Source: Thermosulfurimonas dismutans
GTDB lineage: Bacteria; Desulfobacterota; Thermodesulfobacteria; Thermodesulfobacteriales; Thermodesulfobacteriaceae
Assembly: GCF_001652585.1 (NCBI RefSeq)
Contig: NZ_LWLG01000005.1
Span: forward strand, 30,001-62,000
Direction: 5' to 3'
DNA length: 32,000 nt
Shown here: piece after piece, positions 25,897-32,000 of the stretch
Layout: each line of letters starts with the position of its first letter
Position numbering within the stretch: the first letter of the stretch is position 1
Translations under genes and position numbers: made by a program
Notes under the pieces: generated by a model
Told to the model about the DNA's origin: nothing
Database searches by the model: none
What the model saw: the letters and a program-made list of their open reading frames with translations, nothing else

Positions 25897-27114
25897 GAGA
25901 CCTTTGCAAAATCAGATTGACAATTTTATTTCTCATAATAAACTCACTTAAAAACTAAAGGAGTTGAGCATGTATAAGAAACAGCATACTCAACTCACTT
26001 TCGGGGAAAATATTCTTTACCAAAACCTCCCGGATGACCTCCTCCTAGAACTCGACCGCCTCATCAACTGGAAACCCTTCGAACGCATTCTCTCCAAACT
26101 CCATCCCTCCTCCGTAGGACGCCCAGCCTACGATCCCCTCCTCATGCTCAAAATCCTCATCATCCAGCAAATCTACGGTCACTCCGACCCCGAAATGGAA
26201 ATCATGCTCTACGGCAACCTCTTCTACCGCCGCTTCCTCGGCCTTTCCGCTACCGATCCCGTTCCCGACCACTCCACCATCCCCCGCTTCCGTAAAGATC
26301 TTAAGTCCATGAACCTCTACAGAACCTGCTTCAAAGAACTCAAACGCCAGCTTGCCGAAAAGGGTTACGAGCTTAAGTGCGGCAAAATCACTGACGCCCG
26401 TCTGGTCAAAGCCGCCCGAAACCCCGGAAAAGGAGACTCTGATGCCGCCTTTGCCAAAAAGGGAAACCAAACCATCTACGGCTACAAAGACCACATCGCC
26501 GTGGACCCTAAACATGAATTCGTGACCGAATTCGTTTGCACCCCGGCCAATGTCCACGACTCCCAGGTGATCGATGAGCTCCTTTCCGGTGATGAGACCG
26601 CCATCTTTGCCGACAAGGCCTACGACTCCAGGGCTCTCAAAAGGTGGTGTCGGGAAAAGGGCGTTTACTATGGGGTCCTGGCTAAAGGAACCAGAAACCG
26701 CAAGATAAGCTCCTCCCAGAAAAAGAGGAATCGGAAGCTTGGAGCTGTAAGGCGGAAGGTGGAGAAGGTCTTCGGTATCTTTAGCCTTCATCTTAATCGG
26801 GCAAAAGCCAGGTATGTGGGCCTTGCGGCCAATGAGATCCATCTTTTCCTTACGGTCTTCACCTACAATCTCCTCAGGCTCTGGTGGCACCTGCGAAGGA
26901 AAAGAAGCGTCGTAGCAGTTTGACGTCACGGAAGAAGGAGGAGAAATGTGCCTGAAATAAGGAAAGAAGGGAAAAAGAGGCCCACAGAGGCTTCCGAAAA
27001 GCCAATCAGAGTAAAAATCCGGGGTATTTTCTATATCGGCAAGACGAAAATTTGATGTCATGCTCATCTTAAACAGACAACATGGCCTAAATTTCAGAAT
27101 TTTTCAAAGGTCTC
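25897..27114 (+). mobile_element. IS5-family insertion sequence (1218 bp) with 16-bp terminal inverted repeats and a flanking direct repeat
   Basis: The left end is GAGACCTTTGCAAAAT (25897-25912). The reverse complement of the right end is GAGACCTTTGAAAAAT (27114-27099), a 15/16 match. The direct repeat TAATC flanks the element (25892-25896 and 27115-27119). It reads CTAATC if the terminal C is shared, and it contains a CTAA YTAR-type target. One transposase ORF lies inside. Confidence 0.85.
25970..26923 (+). CDS. IS5-family DDE transposase (N-terminal DUF772-like plus DDE_Tnp_1-like domain)
   Basis: The N-terminal pattern is GRPAYDPLLMLKILIIQQIYGHSDPEMEIML...DHSTIPRFR. The DDE region includes KITDARLV...YGYKDHIAVD...FADKAYDS...VEKVFG. 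ATG 25970 has an AAGGAG SD 7 nt upstream, whereas the ORF track starts at TTG 25964. Confidence 0.88.
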   Translation: MYKKQHTQLTFGENILYQNLPDDLLLELDRLINWKPFERILSKLHPSSVGRPAYDPLLMLKILIIQQIYGHSDPEMEIMLYGNLFYRRFLGLSATDPVPDHSTIPRFRKDLKSMNLYRTCFKELKRQLAEKGYELKCGKITDARLVKAARNPGKGDSDAAFAKKGNQTIYGYKDHIAVDPKHEFVTEFVCTPANVHDSQVIDELLSGDETAIFADKAYDSRALKRWCREKGVYYGVLAKGTRNRKISSSQKKRNRKLGAVRRKVEKVFGIFSLHLNRAKARYVGLAANEIHLFLTVFTYNLLRLWWHLRRKRSVVAV

Positions 27115-27705
27115 TAATCGTCCTCGTCTTCTCTTCCCTTTTCGTTTCCTTCTTTTTTATATCCATGGGGACCGGACCCATCTGGTATGGAGGTATGGCA
27201 TACCAGACACGACCCGCTACCTAAAGGTTTGGCCTTTCCTTGAAGATTAATGACCTGCTCATTATCACGGTCGAGTTTGGAAGGCCACCAGGCATGGGGA
27301 GAATAATGACAAGTGGCACAATAAATACCGTGATGCCCCTTAGCATTGCGGTATAAAGTCGTCCCTGTATCGATCTCCTGCCCCCGGTGACAATCAGCAC
27401 ACTTCGGCTCCTCCAGCCAAGGCCTACGTCCGTTACGGAGACTTTCAGCCATTTCTACAAGTGTTCCGTGACACTTTTCGCAATCCTGCATGCCCTCAAG
27501 CTCCGTCCGCAAACACTTTGTCACCGGTCCGGGATGACAGTCGTAACAACCAGGCTGAGGATTCACCTGAGCGTGTTTGCCATGCATAGCCAAGGAAAGA
27601 TTGGGAAGCCCCGGAATTCCGGAAATTCCAGCTTCCTTAAACACCGGATCTTCATGACAATTTTGACAGAGAACAGGCCGGTTATTGAAAAGATCAGTGC
27701 CCTCC
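27114..27705 (-). pseudogene. 3' fragment of the IS-split beta-helix/dockerin/multihaem cytochrome gene (six CXXCH motifs)
   Basis: The native sequence resumes at ...EG-TDLFNNRPVLCQNCHED. It carries CQNCH, CYDCH, CEKCH, CADCH, CATCH and CLVCH. The first 38 codons of ORF 27114..27818 (27706-27818) are IS256-derived, and there is no native start. It is in the same frame as the 5' fragment once the IS plus one TSD copy (1269 nt = 423 codons) is removed. Confidence 0.85.
27698..27705. repeat. 8-bp target-site duplication TGCCCTCC (left copy) of the IS256-family element
   Basis: Identical to 28967-28974 and directly abutting the inverted-repeat termini. Confidence 0.9.
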
Positions 27706-28966
27706 GGGACTGTCCACCCTTCTGTGTAAATCCCATTATAGCCTATCCTCAAATAAAATTGAGAGCTGGGCGTAAATTGAAGGCCAATCCTTAATAGGGC
27801 GGCGCCATTTCCTCTCAAGCTCCATGGCCGCCATGTATAGACACTTAAGCAGAGACTCCTCTGTCGGAAAAACCCTCCTGCCCGCTGTTGCCTTCCGAAA
27901 TTTGCTGTTTACGCTCTCTATGATGTTCGTGGTATACATTACCCGCCTTATTTCAACCGGATACCTCAAAAACGTCGTTAAAGCCTCCCAATTCGCCTCC
28001 CAGCTCTTTACCACATGGGGATACTTTTCGCCCCATTTGGCCGAAAAATCTTCAAATTCTCTTTCGGCTACCTCAAGTGTAGGGGCCCCGTAAACCTTCT
28101 TGAGATCTCTGGCCAGCTCCCTTTTGTCTTTCCAGGAAACATATCTCAAAGAATTCCTGATCTGGTGTACCACACACCTCTGAATATCCGCCTTCGGAAA
28201 GGTTGCCTCTATAGCTTTATCTAACCCTGTTAACCCATCCACGCTGAAAATGAAGACATCTCTTACCCCCCGAGCCTTAAGATCATTGAGCACTCCTAGC
28301 CAAAATCGGCTAGACTCTGTCCCGTCTATCCAAAAGCCCAAAATTTCCTTGTAGCCTTCAAGATCTATACTTATAACTACATAGATGGCTTTCTTCCTTA
28401 CTTGGCCATCCTCTCGGATGTTGTAGAAAATGCAATCGATCCAAAGTAGAAAATATTTTTCTTTGAGTGGACGGGCTTGCCATTCCTTGATCTTGGGCAG
28501 AATCCGGTCTGTGATATTGGAAATCAGAGAAGGGCTTACGTCAAAACCATACATATCAGAAAGAATCTCCTGGATATCTCGGGTACTCATACCCTTGGCA
28601 TAAAGGGCTGTTATCTGATTTTCTATCTCATCAAGCATGGTTTGACGCTTCCTGATAAGTTGGGGCTCAAATTCCCCTTTCCGGTCTCTGGGAACTAGGA
28701 GCTCAATAGGGCCACAGGTGGTTTTCACGCTCTTGGGAGTGTAGCCGTTCCGATAATTGTCCGAATCAGAGCGCTCGTACTTCTTGTAGCCTAAGAACTC
28801 TTCCAGTTCGGCTTCCAGAACCTCTCCCAGGAATTCTCGAGTAAACTCTTTGATGGTGGCTTGTACTTCCTGTGGCTTAGTGGCCTTCTGAATTTTGCTC
28901 ATGGTGTCCACCCTCCTTTTTGTGATTTGGTCATTTTACAATTTCCACAATTGGGTGGACACTCCC
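27706..28966 (-). mobile_element. IS256-family insertion sequence (1261 bp) inserted in a coding sequence
   Basis: The termini are GGGACTGTCCACCCTTCTGTGTAAAT (27706-27731) and, as reverse complement, GGGAGTGTCCACCCAATTGTGGAAAT (28966-28941). They match at 20/26 positions, with 13/14 at the tips. A perfect 8-bp TSD flanks the element, which is typical of IS256. It has a single mutator-type transposase ORF. Confidence 0.92.
27736..28902 (-). CDS. IS256-family (Mutator-type) transposase
   Basis: Typical family blocks are present: RNGYTPKSVKTTCGPIELLVPRDRKGEFEPQLI, ALYAKGMSTRDIQEIL, LWIDCIFYNIRE, DGLTGLDKAIEATFPKADIQRCVVHQIRN, TTNIIESVNSKFRK. The C-terminus is ...WPSIYAQLSILFEDRL. ATG 28902 has a GGAGG SD 9 nt upstream, whereas the ORF track starts at GTG 28911. 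Confidence 0.93.
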   Translation of the reverse strand: MSKIQKATKPQEVQATIKEFTREFLGEVLEAELEEFLGYKKYERSDSDNYRNGYTPKSVKTTCGPIELLVPRDRKGEFEPQLIRKRQTMLDEIENQITALYAKGMSTRDIQEILSDMYGFDVSPSLISNITDRILPKIKEWQARPLKEKYFLLWIDCIFYNIREDGQVRKKAIYVVISIDLEGYKEILGFWIDGTESSRFWLGVLNDLKARGVRDVFIFSVDGLTGLDKAIEATFPKADIQRCVVHQIRNSLRYVSWKDKRELARDLKKVYGAPTLEVAEREFEDFSAKWGEKYPHVVKSWEANWEALTTFLRYPVEIRRVMYTTNIIESVNSKFRKATAGRRVFPTEESLLKCLYMAAMELERKWRRPIKDWPSIYAQLSILFEDRL

Positions 28967-31478
28967 TGCCCTCCTCTTCGTCGTGTTTAAGAAGAATATT
29001 TCTCATAGTATCCGCACCGCCACTCCTTTCATGACATTTCTCACAGTGCATCTCATGAGACACCGGTACCACCGTCCTGGTGGTGGCCAGTACTTCTCCC
29101 GTAGCCTCATCCTTTACTACTACCTCTACTAGCGGATAAGGATTGAAATTCCCATTATTGTCAAAAGGCGTTACCGGCAGCCCTTCCGCTAAGAAACGAT
29201 CCCCCCGGAGCTCCATGACGCCCTGAAGGGTCTTTCCCGTAAGTCCGGTACATAACTGAACATCCATCCAAAAAAATTTCTTAACATAGTCCCAAAAATT
29301 AGTTCCCCGACAAGAGGTGTTCTCCAAGAGACGATACTCCACCCAAATTCCCTGGGTAACTATCTCCGGATGTTCCCCTTTTCTTATGACCTGAGCTATC
29401 AGGGTGTTGAAAGGAGGGAGAATGGACAGTTGAGAATAATCCTGATTGATACAATGCATACCCGGATCGTTATAGGCGATCACCACATACTCTCCGGCCT
29501 TACTACCACCTTCACCTCCGCCGTTTCCTCCGTTATCGGTGTTTCCTCCGTTCCAACTCACCAATCCCAGGGCCTTCCTCAATATCACCAACGCATCGCC
29601 GATGGTAATCTTGCCGTCCGGTTGCGGCTGGCCGTTTGCTCTGAGGGGGGCCACATCCGCATGGCACCGGTCCTCCTCACTTGGCGTCTCAAGCCCCAGG
29701 GCAAAACGCAGAGCCACCAGGGCGTCTCCGATATTGACCTCCCCGTCGCGGTTCCCCAGCGGAGCCACGTCACCATCGAGCGTGCAAATTTCTCCTTCTC
29801 GAAATTCATAAGCTCCAAGATCTACGCCCTGGTCCTGAGGTCTAGAAATCCCTTCCAGATCCCTTTCCGGAATCCTTCCCTCTATAGCGCCCACGGGTAA
29901 CCCTCTATCTATGGCGGGACTTCCTTCCTGAAGATGGGCGTCGAGGCGATTGATATCTTCTTCCTCTCGCAAGAGAGGATCTTCCTGAATATTGTGGGAT
30001 CCGATCTCCATCTGTATATCCGCTCTATAGATAAGATTATAGTCAATGGTTTCAGCCCGGGTACGGCCCTCTGGATCTCCGTCTCCGATAAGATCGGGCC
30101 AGTCTTCCCGGCCCGTGACGGTGACATTCCGATAACCGAAAAAGATATTGTTGAAGAGATGGAGGCGCTCCGAACCGTTACACGGTGGTGCCTCGGGAAA
30201 ATCGTGGGTATGACAATAGACTTCTATCAGGGCCCACCCTTCGGAGACTACGGTGGTATTGATGATATAACTCTGATCCCCGGGATTCATGGAAACGGAG
30301 ATGGCCGCTCCTCCGGCCCGGCAGGCGTCTCCACTGGCCACATCTCCCATCTCTTGAGCAAAATCTTTATTGGTAAAATAGTTACAGTTACTGATAGCTA
30401 TAGAATTAACTATATACACCGGACCTCCCACCTTGAGCTGATTACCGGCGTTCCCGTAAGCCTGAACCCGACGGAGGGTGATGAAACTATCCGGATGGTT
30501 CACTCCCACGTAAAGAAGGTCCAGCCCGTCGGAGGTATTGTAGCGAAAGAGGCTGTCTTCGAAAATCCAGGTTCCTCCTGATCGGGCTACTCCTACTCCA
30601 TCTCCGTAACCCCCATGGGACTGCGCCCAGCAATGTTCGAGCCTCTCCTCGGGATAGGTCTCCACGCAACCGTTCCATTCCACAATGAAATTTTTGAAAT
30701 ACAATTGCCCCTGATTAGAAGAGGGGGCACCGTCCAGGTCGCCGTTCCATCCTGACCAGCCGTTTCCCGCGATCCTTACCCTCTCCACCTGCCAGTTTTC
30801 AAGACGCCCGGCTTTTATTCCGTCTGCTCCCAGACCATGGATATTCAAGTCCCTCAAAGTCACGTTGGAGGAATCTGAAGCGTAAATACCAGCGTAAGCC
30901 CAGTCGCCAAAAGGAGAATTTTCATACTCGCAGGCCACCGAAGAATGGCCACCGTTGTGAAAGTAGGCACAACTTTCATGGTCTGTAATCTCCAGACAGG
31001 CTATTTCTACGTTGGAAGACCCCCGCAGATTAAGTATCTGCCAGACCCTTCCCGTCCCCCACAATTCCGGAGGATTGGTGCAGCCCGAATCCCAGCCGTA
31101 GCCTACGATTCTGGTGGGATGTTCCGCATCCGGCCCTGAGGGTACCGGAGGAAGAGCGCAGTCGTAAGCAAACTCCGGATAACACCAGCCCTCGGTGTTC
31201 GGCGCCTTGTAACCGATCACATAGCTTCCTGCGTGAATGACCAGGGTATCCCCTCCCCGAATCCTCCAGCGGGCCTCGCCGTTTTCGATCTTGAGGGCCC
31301 AGAAGGGATGAGACCAGGCACAGGGCTGTCCTTTGCCCTCTCCCGGATAAGGAGCATCCACCAGCCCGGTGCACTGTTCCGCGGTCCCTCCGTCCGGACG
31401 AACGTAGTAAGTAGCCGCCTGTAACCCATCCAGGTTTAAAAAAAGGAGAGCCATCAGGCCAAGAACCACTCCAAGCAT
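28899..31478 (-). CDS. 5' fragment (truncated by IS256 insertion) of a secreted protein: signal peptide, right-handed beta-helix domain, internal dockerin-like module, Gly-rich linker, start of a multihaem cytochrome c domain
   Basis: - Signal peptide MLGVVLGLMALLFLNLDGLQA|ATYYVRPDGG.
- Beta-helix-type repeats (NVTLRDLNIHG, ...VERVRIAGNGWSGWNGD...).
- Dockerin-like module at 29553-29786.
- Linker NGGNTDNGGNGGGEGGSKAG.
- First haem motif CEKCHE.
Native coding ends at 28967. The last 22 codons (RECPPNCGNCKMTKSQKGGWTP*) are read from the IS right end. Confidence 0.85.
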   Translation of the reverse strand: MLGVVLGLMALLFLNLDGLQAATYYVRPDGGTAEQCTGLVDAPYPGEGKGQPCAWSHPFWALKIENGEARWRIRGGDTLVIHAGSYVIGYKAPNTEGWCYPEFAYDCALPPVPSGPDAEHPTRIVGYGWDSGCTNPPELWGTGRVWQILNLRGSSNVEIACLEITDHESCAYFHNGGHSSVACEYENSPFGDWAYAGIYASDSSNVTLRDLNIHGLGADGIKAGRLENWQVERVRIAGNGWSGWNGDLDGAPSSNQGQLYFKNFIVEWNGCVETYPEERLEHCWAQSHGGYGDGVGVARSGGTWIFEDSLFRYNTSDGLDLLYVGVNHPDSFITLRRVQAYGNAGNQLKVGGPVYIVNSIAISNCNYFTNKDFAQEMGDVASGDACRAGGAAISVSMNPGDQSYIINTTVVSEGWALIEVYCHTHDFPEAPPCNGSERLHLFNNIFFGYRNVTVTGREDWPDLIGDGDPEGRTRAETIDYNLIYRADIQMEIGSHNIQEDPLLREEEDINRLDAHLQEGSPAIDRGLPVGAIEGRIPERDLEGISRPQDQGVDLGAYEFREGEICTLDGDVAPLGNRDGEVNIGDALVALRFALGLETPSEEDRCHADVAPLRANGQPQPDGKITIGDALVILRKALGLVSWNGGNTDNGGNGGGEGGSKAGEYVVIAYNDPGMHCINQDYSQLSILPPFNTLIAQVIRKGEHPEIVTQGIWVEYRLLENTSCRGTNFWDYVKKFFWMDVQLCTGLTGKTLQGVMELRGDRFLAEGLPVTPFDNNGNFNPYPLVEVVVKDEATGEVLATTRTVVPVSHEMHCEKCHERSGGADTMRNILLKHDEEEGRECPPNCGNCKMTKSQKGGWTP
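28967..28974. repeat. 8-bp target-site duplication TGCCCTCC (right copy) of the IS256-family element
   Basis: Identical to 27698-27705. Confidence 0.9.
29553..29786 (-). repeat. Dockerin-like module, copy 2 (internal position)
   Basis: CTLDGDVAPLGNRDGEVNIGDALVALRFALGLETPSEEDRCHADVAPLRANGQPQPDGKITIGDALVILRKALGLVSW. It shares a 28-nt identical run with copy 3 (29713-29740 = 31691-31718). Confidence 0.8.
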
Positions 31479-31500
31479 TTCTCCCCCTTTTTGATCCCCA

Positions 31501-31522
31501 CCGGGCGGGCTATCCCGCCCGG
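31501..31522 (-). other. GC-rich intercistronic hairpin between the third dockerin-module gene and the beta-helix gene
   Basis: CCGGGCGGG-ctat-CCCGCCCGG gives a 9-bp stem in the 49-nt spacer. The transcribed strand has no U-tract after it (GGUGGGGAUCAAAAAGGGGGAGAA-AUG follows), so it is more likely an mRNA stability or processing element than a full terminator. Confidence 0.35.
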
Positions 31523-31527
31523 TCCTT

Positions 31528-32000
31528 TTAAAAGTTCACTAACCTTAAAGCCTTCCTCAAAATCACCAGGGCATCGCCGATGGTGATCCGGCCATCGGGA
31601 TGGGGTTTCCCATCCTCCCCTAGAGGAGCCACGTCCGCATGGCACTTATCCTCATCGCTTGGTGTCTCAAGCCCTAAAGCAAACCGCAGGGCCACCAGGG
31701 CGTCTCCGATATTGACCTGACCATCACGGTTCCCCAGCGGAGCTACGTCGCCGTCAGGAGTGCAGGTAGCTTTTCTTCTGGCAAGCACAAAGACCGGATC
31801 AATCTCTCCGTTCTGGTCGCAGCACAGAGTGACCCTCAAGGTATGTTCGTTTAGCTGTTCATAGGACACTTCCCGCCAATCGGGAAGCTTATAAAGATGG
31901 AATTCTCCGGTTATTTCCCTCTCTACAGTTACCTCGAAATCGTAACATTGTCCGGGATTTCCGGTGGCGGTAACAATAAAGGCCTCGGATTCTTGAAGAT
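31528..32000 (-). CDS. Secreted/unknown protein with C-terminal dockerin-like module; 5' end outside the window
   Basis: The ORF-track start (31869) is an internal GTG. The same frame stays open to base 32000 (LQESEAFIVTATGNPGQCYDFEVTVEREITGEFHLYKLPDWREVSYEQL...). The C-terminal 78 aa form the shared module. Confidence 0.75.
   Translation of the reverse strand, partial: LQESEAFIVTATGNPGQCYDFEVTVEREITGEFHLYKLPDWREVSYEQLNEHTLRVTLCCDQNGEIDPVFVLARRKATCTPDGDVAPLGNRDGQVNIGDALVALRFALGLETPSDEDKCHADVAPLGEDGKPHPDGRITIGDALVILRKALRLVNF
31531..31764 (-). repeat. Dockerin-like module, copy 3 (C-terminal)
   Basis: CTPDGDVAPLGNRDGQVNIGDALVALRFALGLETPSDEDKCHADVAPLGEDGKPHPDGRITIGDALVILRKALRLVNF. Confidence 0.8.

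Noticed and set aside
26045-27067. 340-aa ORF antisense to the IS5-family transposase and extending into the IS right arm.
   Set aside because: I recognise no motifs in it. It overlaps almost the whole transposase gene on the opposite strand, and its composition is typical of an antisense shadow. I cannot exclude a short IS-encoded antisense product, but nothing supports one.
27706-27818. The N-terminal 38 codons of ORF 27114..27818 (MRGNGAALLRIGLQFTPSSQFYLRIGYNGIYTEGWTVP...), which look like a start for an independent small multihaem cytochrome gene.
   Set aside because: This stretch lies inside the IS256-family element, overlapping its left IR and the transposase 3' end. The ATG is therefore fortuitous. 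The real gene continues from the 5' fragment across the insertion.
23538-31764. Repeated ~234-nt units that might be taken for a dispersed non-coding repeat family or a CRISPR-like array.
   Set aside because: All three copies are in frame within long ORFs and encode the same 78-aa module. Their spacing is irregular (about 2 and 6 kb), and there are no short unique spacers. They are coding-domain paralogues, not a CRISPR or REP-type repeat.

Overview
The window looks like a chromosomal segment from an anaerobic, acetyl-CoA-pathway bacterium. Strong GGAGG-type ribosome-binding sites (SD) are common and GC is about 50%; I cannot assign taxonomy from sequence alone.

Layout:
- (1) 1-7918, + strand: a Wood-Ljungdahl cluster. 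It holds acsB (5' end off-window), acsC, acsE and a 1364-codon selenocysteine formate dehydrogenase. That protein is fused N-terminally to a 2Fe-2S and GltD-like NAD(P)H module. The two ORF-track pieces, 3824..6280 and 6425..7918, are one gene read through an in-frame UGA, with an fdhF-like SECIS hairpin just downstream.
- (2) 8041-9296: an unknown W-rich membrane protein, then secG.
- (3) 9405-19842, - strand: an 11-gene nuoA-N operon with no nuoE/F/G. It is preceded by, and translationally coupled to, a four-cluster ferredoxin gene.
- (4) 19952-23466: scpA, a divergently transcribed octahaem HAO-family cytochrome c, a CoA-binding protein and tpiA.
- (5) 23535-32000, - strand: an accessory locus of three co-oriented secreted-protein genes. 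All three share a 78-aa dockerin-like module made of two duplicated segments:
  - a metzincin-PKD-PKD-Kazal-like-dockerin protein;
  - a beta-helix-dockerin-heptahaem cytochrome fusion;
  - a third gene that runs off the window.

This locus has been hit by two IS elements whose ends and target duplications I could map to the base. An IS256-family element splits the cytochrome fusion gene. An IS5-family element sits exactly at that gene's stop codon, upstream of the protease gene.

I recognised no rRNA, tRNA or CRISPR array. The accessory locus is the best candidate for something undescribed. The EFG-less Nuo with its own ferredoxin gene and the fused selenoprotein FDH are secondary points of interest.
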